A stretch of 64,000 nt of DNA from positions 448,001 to 512,000 of the forward strand of contig CP136572.1 in NCBI GenBank assembly GCA_035193785.1, in the 5' to 3' direction. Made by a program: the position numbers and the translations under genes. Below, in pieces: positions 23,506 to 36,022 of this stretch. Below the pieces are notes generated by a model that saw only the letters and a program-made list of their open reading frames with translations, had not been told where the DNA came from and made no database searches. The stretch is from Planktothrix sp. GU0601_MAG3 (GTDB taxonomy: Bacteria > Cyanobacteriota > Cyanobacteriia > Cyanobacteriales > Microcoleaceae). Each line of letters opens with the position of its first letter. Position 1 is the first letter of the stretch.

Positions 23506-25270
23506 ATGAACTTAGACGAGAACTCTCAGTTTGCAGGTTCGACTTCGGCTGACCAGATCTGGCAGAACTTGGGTGCTGATCTGGTTTTTATTCAAAATGC
23601 CGCAGGTGAGTATTTATCTTTTCATTGGCAACGAGATGATCGTTATTCTTTACCTGTGGATACCATTGTCGGATCGTCGATGGCAGAATACTTTAAACCT
23701 GTTATCCTTTCTCCCTATCAGGATCGAATCACCCGGGTGTTAACCAGTTTAATTCCCGAGAGATTTATTTATTCATTTGCTTATGAAGATCAATATATTC
23801 CATTAGAACTGACAATGACTCCTGTTTTGGTTTCTAATGGAAAACCAGATAGAGTATTGGTTATGGGCTGTGTTCTGGAACAACCCGAAGAAAATTTAGA
23901 CATGAGTATGTCGGAGATTATTGCCTATCGTTCCCTTCCTTCTAATTTGGAAATCCCCCAAAAAATGCTGATCCAAATTGCTGGAACTATGTGTCGCGCA
24001 GTTTCTCCCAGTTCCCATATTTATCAAAGATTATTAAGTCAAATTGCCCAAAAAATTCGTCGAAACCCTAGATTTAAAGCAAATTTGGCAACAAACGGTT
24101 AATAGTTTAGGGCAGGTTTTGGGGGTGAGTCGTTGTATTTTATGTCCCTATCGAGTTGGAAAAGAGGATAATTGGGGTTTACAAGAAACCCAGGTAGTGG
24201 CTGAATATCGCCTACTGGAATTTCCCATGATGTTGGGTTTGGATTTAGCCATTGCCAATGAGTTAGGTTGGACGCAGGCCTTAGCCACCTTAGAACCCGT
24301 GGTGGTCGAACGCACCTCCCCGGATCAAGATCCCTATAAACGCTATTCTATTTTAGTCATCGCCACCTCCTATCAAGATCAGGCTAATGGAATTATTAGT
24401 TTGCAACAGTGCGATCGCTTTCGACAATGGACATCGGCGGAAGTGGAATTTATCCGAGAATTAGCCACCCATGTCGGAACGGCCATTGCCCACGCTACTC
24501 TCTATCAAGAACTAGAAGAAGCCCGCATGGAAGCGGTGGCTCTTTCTCGGTTAAAAAGTGAATTTCTGGCGAATACCTCCCATGAATTACGCACGCCTTT
24601 AAATGGAATTATTGGGTTTTTAAAGTTAGTTTTAGATGGGATGGTGGATGATCCCGAAGAAGCAGAAGAATTTATTCAAGAAGCCCATCGATCCGCTTTA
24701 CACCTACTAAACTTAATTAATGATGTTTTAGATATTGCTAAAATTGAAGCCGGAAGAATGGAAATTGACTTGGCTTTAATTAAGGTAAATGAACTGTTAG
24801 ATGAAGTTGAACATTTTACCCGAGCGCAAATTCAAGAAAAAGGATTGACCTTTGCCATCCAAAAAGCAGCCTATGAGGATGAACTCATTGTCTATGGAAA
24901 TTATCAACGGTTACTACAGGTAATGTTGAATTTAGTCGGAAATGCAATTAAATTTACCCATGAAGGGGGAATTAATATTAGTTTAGAAATTATTAAACAA
25001 ACTTTTGTATTTCAAAATCAAGAGTTTCCAGGAGTGGTGGAATTTCGGGTGGCGGACACCGGAATTGGGGTTCCGATTGAAAAACAAGATCGACTTTTTA
25101 AAGCCTTTTCTCAGGTGGATGGGGGCTATACCCGTCAATATGGGGGAACGGGTTTAGGATTAGTAATTTCCCAAAAATTAGTCCAAACTATGGGAGGAAC
25201 AATTAAATTTTATAGCCTTGGGGAAGGATTAGGATCAACGGTTACATTTACAGTGCCTTTGTATCATTGA
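23506..25270 (+). CDS. PAS-like/GAF sensor histidine kinase (frameshift at 24062)
   Basis: GAF domain, FLANTSHELRTPL H-box, NLVGNAIKFT, DTGIG, GGTGLGL. Confidence 0.92.
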
Positions 25271-26504
25271 AACCGACCCTGGGTGAACTACCTACACCGC
25301 CATAATCGGGTCGGTGCAGGATCAGCGAATTCACAGACCGATGCCCCTTACTTTTACAAGCAGGTGGACTTACACAGCCTCCATCGGCAAAGACGGGGTT
25401 CCCTCCGCCTTCAGTTAATATCCTGATTCCTTCATTCCTGATGTTAAGTGCAGCGTTTTCGTCACGGTCATGGTGAGTTTGACAACTTGGACAATCCCAC
25501 TCCCTGATATCCAGAGATAACTCATCTAAGACATGACCACAACAGGAACAAGTTTTGGAGCTAGGGAAAAAGCGATCAATTTCTACAAGTCCACCATTTT
25601 TTTGCTTTAACTTGTAATCAATAAAATTGACAAATTTTCCCCAACCCACATCAGATATTGCTTTGGATAGCTTCCGGTTTTTAACCATTCCCTTGACATT
25701 GAGGTTTTCAACGACAATCACTTGGTTTTCGTTTACCAATTTTCTTGATAATTTATGCAAGAAATCTTGGCGGGAATTGGTGATTTTCTCATGAACCTTA
25801 GCTACAGTTTTTCTAAACTTCTCTCTCGATTTACTACCTTTAGTTTTTCGAGAGAGTTTTTTCTGTTTTTGGGCTAAATTTTTCTGATGACGATATAAAT
25901 GTTTAGGGTTGGCGTATTTAGTTGCATTTTTTCCATTATGAGTAATTGCGAAATCTTTTAACCCTAGATCGATCCCAATAATTTCATCCCCCGACTGTTT
26001 AACGTCAGTTCCTTCTACTTCACATAAAATTGAAGCAAAATATTTATCAGTCGAAGTTTTGGAGATTGTTACTGTTTTAATTTTCCCCGTAATCTCTCGG
26101 TGAAATATCGCTTTAATTTCACCAATTCTAGGGACTTTTAGGTATTCATCGTTAACAGTAACACTTTGAGGATACTGGATTGATTGCTTGTGATGTTTAG
26201 ATTTGAAATTAGGAAATTTAGCTCGTCCCTCAAAAAAGTTTTTGTAAGCTCTATCTAAGTTTATAGCTACACATTGTAAAACCGATGAGTAGCAATCTTC
26301 TTTAAGCCAAGGATATTCTTTTTTGAGTTGAGGGAGCATTCCCTTATAAGATGCTAATTTTAGGCTTTTGCCAGTTTCTTGATAGTGCTGAATACAGGCA
26401 TTTAAGGCAAAATTCCAATACCATCTTGCACAACCAAATGACTTGGCTAACGCCAATTCCTGTTCGGCTGTTGGATAGAGCCTAACCTTTGTTACCTTCA
26501 GCAC
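25248..26504 (-). CDS. tnpB: RNA-guided endonuclease TnpB
   Basis: Intact RuvC D/E/D motifs and zinc finger; ORF reads past the element right end. Confidence 0.93.
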   Translation of the reverse strand: MLKVTKVRLYPTAEQELALAKSFGCARWYWNFALNACIQHYQETGKSLKLASYKGMLPQLKKEYPWLKEDCYSSVLQCVAINLDRAYKNFFEGRAKFPNFKSKHHKQSIQYPQSVTVNDEYLKVPRIGEIKAIFHREITGKIKTVTISKTSTDKYFASILCEVEGTDVKQSGDEIIGIDLGLKDFAITHNGKNATKYANPKHLYRHQKNLAQKQKKLSRKTKGSKSREKFRKTVAKVHEKITNSRQDFLHKLSRKLVNENQVIVVENLNVKGMVKNRKLSKAISDVGWGKFVNFIDYKLKQKNGGLVEIDRFFPSSKTCSCCGHVLDELSLDIREWDCPSCQTHHDRDENAALNIRNEGIRILTEGGGNPVFADGGCVSPPACKSKGHRSVNSLILHRPDYGGVGSSPRVGFNDTKAL

Positions 26505-27066
26505 TTTAAATCACCTCCTCGGTCGGGTGTTCTGATTTTGCTATACACTGACTATAGCACAAGTTTTAAAATGTGGGGAATCATGAAAAATGATTTTGTC
26601 AGCAAAGGTAGATCTGTTAGCGATCTCAAGGTTCACTTGGTTTTGACGACCAAATACAGACGGAGGGTTTTTACTCTTGAAATGCTGAATCGGCTGCATG
26701 AAATCCTTGAAGAATTACTCCAAAAGTGGGATTGTAAATTAATTGAGTTTAATGGTGAAGATGATCATGTTCATCTTCTTTTTCAATACCATCCAGATAT
26801 CGCTCTGAGTAATTTAGTTAACAACCTCAAATCCTTGACATCTCGAAAACTCAGGCAAGAATTCTCTGATTATTTAAGCTCTTTTTATTGGAAAGATGTT
26901 TTTTGGAATGGTTCTTATTTTGTTGCAAGTTGCGGTGGAATAACTATTTCAACCCTGAGACGATATATCGAGAATCAAAATCAACCTGATTGTTCCGATA
27001 ATCCCTGACCGCAATTCATCCCACGCTGCCCTATCGGGTCAGTCGTGGGGCTTCGGCGCGAAGAAG
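25283..27066 (-). mobile_element. Complete IS605-type element with divergent tnpA and tnpB
   Basis: Right end GTAGTTCAC at 25283, left end next to TTTAG, both genes present. Confidence 0.9.
26538..27008 (+). CDS. tnpA: IS200/IS605 Y1 HUH transposase
   Basis: HLVLTTKYRR, DHVHLL (HUH), FWNGSYF, YIENQ. Confidence 0.95.
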   Translation: MLYTDYSTSFKMWGIMKNDFVSKGRSVSDLKVHLVLTTKYRRRVFTLEMLNRLHEILEELLQKWDCKLIEFNGEDDHVHLLFQYHPDIALSNLVNNLKSLTSRKLRQEFSDYLSSFYWKDVFWNGSYFVASCGGITISTLRRYIENQNQPDCSDNP

Positions 27067-27239
27067 CTAAAGCCGAGGGAATTCTTTTTTCATAGGCTCT
27101 TAAAACATCATCCCCACATCTCTACTATAAAACAGTCAGAAGCATTACCCCTGTTCCGGTGTTCCGGTGTTCTGTCTTGGCTAATTTTTTTTACAAAACG
27201 GTAGGTTGGTTTGTAAAATTAACAAAAGTTAATATAAGG

Positions 27240-27324
27240 CCGTCCTCCGCTATCGCGCTTAAATCCGGCCCTGGGCTGCGGGCCAGTTGACCGTTCGACC
27301 GGGGCTCACGGGTCAAAGGGACGG
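27240..27324. ncRNA. Candidate structured RNA (GC-rich multi-stem)
   Basis: Stems CCGTCC/GGACGG, GGCCC/GGGCC and TTGACC/GGTCAA in AT-rich intergenic DNA. Confidence 0.3.
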
Positions 27325-27435
27325 GGTTTTATTTAAACCCAAATCTTCGATAAAAACTTTAGTTGCACCCCGAATAATTGTCGCCGAATTTGCTAGAATC
27401 TACAGGATTGTCCTGATTATATTTTGTAATTATCC

Positions 27436-27940
27436 TTGAACCAATCTATCAATCTGCCGAAAGTAGATGACTTTTTAGAAGAATTGGCAGCCATTCAACA
27501 AACTGGCTCCAAGCGTGTTGCTTTGTTGGGTTCCCGCCATATTCCCCTAACCCATCAAAACTTGATCGAGATGATGAGTTACGCCCTAGTTTTAGAAGGG
27601 AATCATTTGATTACCTCCGGTTCAACGGGAACAAACGCGGCGGCCATTCGAGGCGCGATGAAGGCTAACCCCAACCTGTTGACGGTGATTTTGCCCCAAA
27701 GCATGAAACGTCAGCCCAGGGAGTCTCGCCAGCAGTTGGAAACAGGTGATTCATGTTGTAGAAAATCCCAAGGGTGACGATTTATCCTTAGCCGAAGCTA
27801 GTGGATTTTGCAACCAGGAGATTATTTCTCGGTGTCAACAGTTGATCTGTTTTGCCTACCATGATAGTGTCACCCTCCTAAGTACCTGTGAGGAAGCGGA
27901 AAATCAGCGCAAAATTGTGACCCTGTTCTATTTGGATTAG
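27436..27940 (+). CDS. DprA/Smf-like Rossmann-fold conserved cyanobacterial protein (frameshift at 27739)
   Basis: KRVALLGSRH, ITSGSTGTNAAAIRGA, NQEIISRCQQLICFA. Confidence 0.8.
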
Positions 27941-28029
27941 TACCAATGTTGAATCAGTCACCCGTACAGACGCGCTCTTGGCACGTCTCTACGCTGATAA
28001 ATTTTTTTATTAAATAATTGCAATTGACT

Positions 28030-28521
28030 ATGGCTTCTACTTATTCATTTGATATTGTTAGTGATTTTGATCGACAGGAATTAGTCAATGCGGTGGATCA
28101 AACCGAACGGGAAATTAAAAGCCGTTATGATTTGAAAGATACTAAGACTACCCTGGAATTGGGGGAAACGGCGATTATTGTTAATACCGATAGTGAGTTT
28201 ACCCTAGATGCCATTCATACAATTTTGCAAACTAAATCTGCTAAACGGAATCTTTCTTTAAAGATTTTTGATTATGGAAAAGTGGAATCTGCTAGTGGTA
28301 ATCGAGTTAGACAGGAAATTAAACTGAGAAAAGGTTTAACCCAAGAAGTATCAAAACAAATCACTAAACTGATTAAGGATGAATTTAAAAAATTACAAGC
28401 CTCTATTCAGGGGGATTCTGTTAGGATTTCAGCTAAATCTAAAGATGACTTACAATTAGTAATTCAGCGTCTAAAAGAAGAAGATTATCCGGCGGCATTA
28501 CAGTTTACAAACTATAGGTAA
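28030..28521 (+). CDS. yajQ: YajQ family nucleotide/c-di-GMP-binding protein
   Basis: [37 protein letters not shown]. Confidence 0.93.
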   Translation: MASTYSFDIVSDFDRQELVNAVDQTEREIKSRYDLKDTKTTLELGETAIIVNTDSEFTLDAIHTILQTKSAKRNLSLKIFDYGKVESASGNRVRQEIKLRKGLTQEVSKQITKLIKDEFKKLQASIQGDSVRISAKSKDDLQLVIQRLKEEDYPAALQFTNYR

Positions 28522-28549
28522 AACACCCAAACTTATCTTTGATTTTTGA

Positions 28550-28583
28550 TTGACAGTCCACTACCTAAAGGCTAGTGGATTCT
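28550..28583 (-). mobile_element. Solitary IS605-type right end
   Basis: Minus strand AGAATCCACTAGCCTTTAGGTAGTGGACTGTCAA: hairpin ending in TCAA. Confidence 0.55.
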
Positions 28584-28597
28584 TAGTTTATTCTATT

Positions 28598-28779
28598 TCA
28601 ATTAGGACAATTAGTTTCTAACCAACTGGATAAATTACCTACACTAGAAAAATCAAAAATAGCTTCAGCCAAAGCTGATAAATGCTCCGATGATAGCTGT
28701 GATAAACTATCTTCTATTGATTGATTTAGTTCACCTAATTGCCGTTGCAATAGGCGTTTAATCAGATTTATTTGACCTC
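28598..28779 (-). pseudogene. 3' fragment of an Rpn/DUF4351 gene
   Basis: Near-identical to the 3' end of 35654-36022. Confidence 0.8.
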
Positions 28780-28992
28780 GACTTTTTTTATGATTCCTTT
28801 AAAATCACCCAGAGAAATATAAAGATTTGCAAAATTTTTTTTTTGAATGACTGATAATCGAAAATAAACTTGTTAAGTTAGTGAAGTCAACATTATCGTC
28901 TGTCATCTGTCCAGAGGCATAAATATCGCCTGCTAAATTAAGTCAGGCGACAGACTCAAAAAAAAACCATTTCAGCAGGATTCACCAAGCCA

Positions 28993-31915
28993 ATGAAAAC
29001 TCTAACTCAAATTAACCACACCTCCGAAAAAAATTTTTTGACTGGGAATTTTTTGAGCCAAAATCCCAAGTCAATGGTGATCCTTGACCCCACCATACCC
29101 GATAGTAATCATATAGTCCAAGGCATCAAACCCGGCACGGAAACCTATATCCTCGAAAGCCAGCCTAATGCCATAGAACAAATTACCACAATCCTAGCTC
29201 AACATACAGGCATCGAAGCCCTACACATCATCTCCCACGGTAGTCCGGGCAACCTGTACTTAGGGACAACAGAACTAAATAGCAGCAACATCGAAAACTA
29301 CAGCCAACAGTTGCAACAATGGCGAAACGCCCTCACACCCCATGCCAGCATCATCTTATATGGATGCAACGTAGCCGAGGGGGACTCCGGTAGCCAATTC
29401 CTAACTCAACTTTACCAACTGACAGGAGCCAACATCGCGGCTAACCCCCAACCTACAGGGAATGGAGAAAAAGGCGGCACCTGGAACATCCGCCACCTCA
29501 TCCCCCCATCCCCCCAAAAGCCTGAACTCGCCCTCACCGAAACCAGCCTCAAAACCTACAACGGTGTACTAGGCTTCGCCCCCAAAGTTGACTTCACCAC
29601 TGGCACTCAGCCCTACTCCGTCAGCATCGGCGACATCAACGGCGACGGCAAACCCGACTTAGCTGTGGCGAACGCGGGCAGCAACACCGCCTCAATCCTG
29701 CTCAACACCACCGCCACGGGAGCCGCCACCCCCACCTTCGCCACCAAAGTTGACTTCCCCACTGGCACTCGCCCCTACTCCGTCAGCATGGGAGACATCA
29801 ACGGCGACGGCAAACCCGACTTAGCTGTGGCGAAACGCGAACAGCAACAGCGCCTCCATCCTGCTCAACACCACCGCCACGGGAGCCGCCACCCCCACCT
29901 TCGCCACCAAAGTTGACTTCACCACTGGCTCTGCCCCCCGCTCCGTCAGCATCGGCGACATCAACGGCGACGGCAAACCTGACTTAGCTGTGGCGAACTT
30001 TAGCGGTAGCAGCGCCTCCATCTTCCTCAACACCACCGCCACCAACGCCACCACCCCCACCTTTGCCACCAAAGTTGACTTCTCCACTGGTAGTTTCCCC
30101 GGCTCCGTCAGCATGGGCGACATCAACGGCGACGGGAAACCTGACTTAGCTGTGGCGAACTACGTCAGCGCCAGCGCCTCCATCCTGCTGAACACCACCG
30201 CCACGGGAGCCACCACCCCCACCTTCGCCACCAAAGTTGGCTTCACTACTGGCAGTGGCCCCTACTCCGTCAGCATGGGCGACATCAACGGCGACGGGAA
30301 ACCCGACTTAGCTGTGGCGAACTTTAGCGGCAGCAGCAACAGTGCCTCCATCCTGCTGAACACCACCGCCACGGGAGCCACCACCCCCACCTTTGCCACC
30401 AAAGTTGACTTCCCCACTGGTACTAACCCCCAATCCGTCAGCATCGGCGACATCAACGGCGACGGGAAACCCGACTTAGCAACGGCGAACTTTAGCAGCA
30501 ACACCACCTCCATCCTGCTGAACACCACCGCCACGGGAGCCACCACCCCCACCTTCGCCACCAAAGCTGACTTCACCACTGGCACTAACCCCTTCTCCGT
30601 CAGCATCGGCGACATCAACGGCGACGGCAAACCCGACTTAGCAACGGCGAACCGCAACGGTAGCAGCGCCTCCATCCTGCTGAACACCACCCCCAAAGTT
30701 ACTGCTGTCACCGCCACCAATGTTGATGGTAGTTACGGTGTAGGTTCTACTATTGGCATCACCGTCACCTTCGATGGTACTGTCAATGTCACAGGCACAC
30801 CCCAACTGCAATTAGAAACAGGTACAACTGACCAATTTGCCACTTATGCTAGTGGTAGCGGCAGTAATGTACTCACTTTTAACTATGTAGTCCAAGCCGG
30901 AGATACCTCCCTTGACTTAGAATACCTCTCTACAACTGCTCTGGCGCTTAACGGTGGCACAATTCAAGATAATTTGGCTACGAATGCGGATTTAACCCTT
31001 CCCGCTTTAGCCACAGCTAATTCCCTCGGTGGTAGCAAAGCCATAGTTATAGTTTCTGATACCGTTGCACCCACCGTCACTTTAGCATCCCCATCCGCCA
31101 CCACAGTTAACGGTTTATTTACCGTCACTGCCACCTTCAGTGAAGATGTCACAGGATTTGATAATACTGATATCACCGTAGCCAATGCAACTGTCAGTAA
31201 CTTTGCCGCAGTTGATGCTAAAACCTACACCTTTGATGTGACTCCCACTGCTAATGGTAGTGTCACCGTAGATATTCCGGCGGCTACATCTGCTGATACT
31301 GCGGGTAATAATAATATTGCAGCCACTCAATTCACTCGCACTGCTAATATTACAACACCACCCACCGTCTCCGGTTCATCAAATAACGATATTCTCACTG
31401 GTAATGCCACTGGCGACCAAATCAACGGTTTAGCGGGTAGTGATATCCTCTATGGTAATGCCGGAAACGACACCATTGATGGCGGTGATGGTAACGATAT
31501 TGCCTACGGTGGTAAAGATAACGATTTGCTCAACGGTGGCAATGGTAGCGATCGCCTTTATGGGGATGCAGGTAACGATACTGTCAATGGGGATGCGGGT
31601 AACGATGTCCTCTATGGAGGTGACGGTGACGATCTTCTCGATGGGGGTGCGGGTAGCGATCAACTTTATGGTAACGCCGGAATTGATACCTTTATTCTAG
31701 CATCAGGAATGGGTCTCGATTCTATCTACAAGTTTGAAAATGGCATAGACAAAATTCAATTAGACGATTTAACTTTCGCTGATTTACTGATTACCACAAG
31801 TGGTGCTAATACCCTAATTAAAATTGCTACCACGAAAGTTACCATCGCCTCTTTACAGAATATCAATTCCAGCTTAATTGAAGCGACTGATTTTATTTCA
31901 TCTCAGCTAGGCTAG
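28993..31915 (+). CDS. Surface protein 1: DUF4347 + 7 FG-GAP repeats + Ig-like domains + RTX tail (frameshift at 29832)
   Basis: HIISHGSPG/LYGCNVA, seven GDINGDGKPDLA, GGxGxD nonapeptides. Confidence 0.88.
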
Positions 31916-32110
31916 AAAACCGATAACAGTAATTAGTGTAGAGACGTGCCACGGCGCGTCTCTAATACTGATCAGCAAAGAAGAATATTATCCGACTGCG
32001 TTGCAGTTGAGCAAGTTTCTCTGCGGATAAATTAACCCCATCATTAGTTACAATTCCAAAGTAATTAATTGGGGAAATTATCTATAAAATGAGCAGGATC
32101 TCAGTCATGT

Positions 32111-32292
32111 TCAATTAGGACAATTAGTTTCTAACCAACTGGATAAATCACCTACACTAGAAAAATCAAAAATAGCTTCAGCTAAAGCTGATAAATGCTC
32201 CGATGATAGCTGTGATAAACTATCTTCTATTGATTGATTTAGTTCACCTAATTGCTTTTGAAATAGGCGTTTAATCAGATTTATTTGACCTC
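32111..32292 (-). pseudogene. 3' fragment of an Rpn/DUF4351 gene (second copy)
   Basis: Near-identical to 28598-28779. Confidence 0.8.
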
Positions 32293-32503
32293 GACTTTTT
32301 TTATGATTCCTTTAAAATCACCCAGAGAAATATAAAGATTTGCAAAATTTTTTTTTTGAATGACTGATAATCGAAAATAAATTTGTTAAGTTAGTGAAGT
32401 CAACATTATCGTCTGTCATCTGTCCAGAGGCATAAATATCGCCTCCTAAATTAAGTCAGGCGACAGACTCAACAAAAAACCATTTCAGCAGAACCAGAAA
32501 CCA

Positions 32504-35459
32504 ATGAAAACTCTAACTCAAATTAACCACACCTCCGAAAAAAATTTTTTGACTGGGAATTTTTTGAGCCAAAATCCCAAGTCAATGGTGATCCTTGACC
32601 CCACCATACCCGATAGTAATCATATAGCCCAAGGCATCAAACCCGGCACGGAAACCTATATCCTCGAAAGCCAGCCTAATGCCATAGAGCAAATTACCAC
32701 AATCCTAGCTCAACATACAGGCATTGAAGCCCTACACATCATCTCCCACGGTAGTCCGGGCAATCTTTACTTAGGGACAACAGAACTAAATAGCAGCAAC
32801 ATCGAAAACTATAGCCAACAGTTGCAACAATGGCGAAACGCCTTCACAGCCCATGCCAGCATCATCTTATATGGATGCAACGTAGCCGAGGGGGACTCCG
32901 GTAGCCAATTCCTAACTCAACTTTACCAACTGACAGGCGCCAACATCGCGGCCAACCCCAACCCTACAGGGAATGGGGAAAAAGGAGGCACCTGGAACAT
33001 CCGCCACCTCATCCCCCCATCCCCCCAAAAGCCTGAACTTGCCCTCACCGAAACCAGCCTCAAAACCTACAACGGTGTACTAGGCTTCGCCCCCAAAGTT
33101 GACTTCCCCACTGGCAATGGCCCCTACTCCGTCAGCATCGGCGACTTCAACGGCGACGGCAAACCCGACTTAGCAACGGCGAACGCTTGGAGCAGCACCG
33201 CCTCCATCCTGCTGAACACCACCGCCACGGTCGCCACCACCCCCACCTTCGCCACCAAAGTTGACTTCCCCACTGGCACTCGCCCCATGTCCGCCAGCAT
33301 CGGTGACATCAACGGCGACGGCAAACCCGACTTAGCAACGGCGAACTCCAACGGGAGCAGCGCCAGCGCCTCCATCCTGCTGAACACCACCGCCACGGGA
33401 GCCACCACCCCCACCTTCGCCACCAAAGTTGACTTCACACCTGGCTCTCAACCCTACTCCGTCAGCATGGGAGACATCAACGGCGACGGCAAACCCGACT
33501 TAGCTGTGGCGAACTTCGGCAGCACCAGCGTCTCCATCTTTCTCAACACCACCGCCACGGTCGCCACCACCCCCACCTTCGCCACCAAAGTTGACTTCCC
33601 CACTAGCCAAGGCTCCTTATCCGTCAGCATCGGTGACATCAACGGCGACGGCAAACCTGACTTAGCAACGGCGAACTACAACAGCCATAACGCCTCCATC
33701 CTGCTAAACACCACCGCCACGGGAGCCACCACCCCCACCTTCGCCACCAAAGTTGACTTCCCCACTGGCAGTAACAGTTTCCCCAAGTCCGTCAGCATCG
33801 GCGACATCAATGGCGACGGCAAACCTGACTTAGCAACGGCGAACACTTGGGGCAACAGCGCCTCCATCTTCCTCAACACCACCGCCACCGGAGCCACCTC
33901 CCCCACCTTCGCCACCAAAGTTGACTTCACCACTGGCACTAACCCCGTCTCCGTCAGCATCGGCGACATCAACGGCGACGGCAAACCCGACTTAGCAACG
34001 GCGAACAGGAGCAGCGCCAGCGCCTCCATCCTGCTGAACACCACCGCCACGGGAGCCACCACCCCCACCTTCGCCACCAAAGTTGACTTCACCTCTGGCA
34101 TGGGCATCACCGGCTCCTGCGGGGGCACTAATCCCATCTCCGTCAGCATCGGCGACATCAACGGCGACGGCAAACCCGACTTAGCTGTGGCGAAACCGGG
34201 GCGACTCCAGCGCCTCCATCTTCCTCAGCACCACTCCCAAAGTGACTGCGGTAACTGCTACCAACAGTGACAACAGCTACGGTGTAGGTTCTACTATTGG
34301 CATCACTGTCACCTTCGATGCTGCTGTGACTGTCACGGGTACGCCCCAACTGCAATTAGAAACAGGCACAACTGACCAATTTGCCACTTATGCTAGTGGT
34401 AGTGGCAGTAATGTACTCACTTTTAACTATGTAGTCCAAGCCGGAGACACCTCTGCTGACTTAGAATATCTTTCCACAACTGCCCTCACCCTTAACGGTG
34501 GCACAATAAAAGAGACTGCGGCTACAGCCTGGGATGCCGATTTAACCCTTCCCACCTTAGCCACAGCTAATTCCCTCGGTGGTAGCAAAGCCATCGTTAT
34601 TGATACCGTTGCACCCACCGTCACTTTAGCATCCCCATCCGCCACCACAGTTAACGGTTTATTTACCGTCACTGCCACCTTCAATGAAGATGTCACAGGA
34701 TTTGATAATACTGATATCACCGTAGCCAATGCAACTGTCAGTAACTTTGCCGCAGTTGATGCTAAAACCTACACCTTTGATGTGACTCCCACTGCTAATG
34801 GTAGTGTCACCGTAGATATTCCGGCGGCTACATCTGCTGATACTGCGGGTAATAATAATATTGCAGCAACTCAATTCACTCGCACTGCTAATATTACAAT
34901 ACCACCCACCGTCTCCGGTTCATCAAATAATGATATTCTCACTGGTAATGCCACTGGCGACCAAATCAACGGTTTAGCGGGTAGTGATATCCTCTATGGT
35001 AATGCCGGAAACGACACCATTGATGGCGGTGATGGTAACGATATTGCCTACGGTGGTAAAGATAACGATTTGCTCAACGGTGGCAATGGTAGCGATCGCC
35101 TTTATGGGGATGCAGGTAACGATACTGTCAATGGGGATGCGGGTAACGATGTCCTCTATGGAGGTGACGGTGACGATCTTCTCGATGGGGGTGCGGGTAG
35201 CGATCAACTTTATGGTAACGCCGGAATTGATACCTTTATTCTAGCATCAGGAATGGGTCTCGATTCTATCTACAAGTTTGAAAATGGCATAGACAAAATT
35301 CAATTAGACGATTTAACTTTCGCTGATTTACTGATTACCACAAGTGGTGCTAATACCCTAATTAAAATTGCTACCACGAAAGTTACCATCGCCTCTTTAC
35401 AGAATATCAATTCCAGCTTAATTGAAGCGACTGATTTTATTTCATCTCAGCTAGGCTAG
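32504..35459 (+). CDS. Surface protein 2: DUF4347 + 7 FG-GAP + Ig-like + RTX (frameshift at 34192)
   Basis: Paralog of 28993-31915. Confidence 0.88.
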
Positions 35460-35653
35460 AAAACCGATAACAGTAATTAGTGTAGAGACGTGCCACGGCG
35501 CGTCTCTAATACTGATCAGCAAAGAAGAATATTATCCGACTGCGTTGCAGTTGAGCAAGTTTCTCTGCGGATAAATTAACCCCATATCGGTTACAATTCC
35601 AAAGTAATTAATTGGGGAAATTATCTATAAAATGAGCAGGATCTCAGTCATGT

Positions 35654-36022
35654 TCAATTAGGACAATTAGTTTCTAACCAACTGGATAAATCACCTACAC
35701 TAGAAAAATCAAAAATAGCTTCAGCCAAAGCTGATAAATGCTCCGATGATAGCTGTGATAAACTATCTTCTATTGATTGATTTAGTTCACCTAATTGCCG
35801 TTGAAATAGGCGTTTAATCAGATTTATTTGACCTCTTTGCTCACCAATTTGTTCACCAATTTCAATACCTTCAGCCCGTCCTTGAGTCAGCCATTGAGTC
35901 AAACCTTCAGTTCGCTCTTGAGCCTTACCCAACTCAATAGCACCTATTCTTTCCCGTTCAATTTGATCCGAACCAAAGATTTTTTTAAAGGCGTAGTCTG
36001 TTTTAGGATTAATAAATTTCAT
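35654..36022 (-). pseudogene. Internally deleted Rpn-family (PD-(D/E)XK) gene retaining the DUF4351 C-terminus
   Basis: MKFINPKTDYAFKKIFGS joined directly to a GxxxG linker and LAEAIFDFSS..DL..WL. Confidence 0.75.

Noticed and set aside
34192..34206. RGD motif in the last blade of gene 2 after correction
   Set aside because: Single tripeptide in a variable loop (QGD in gene 3); chance is likely.
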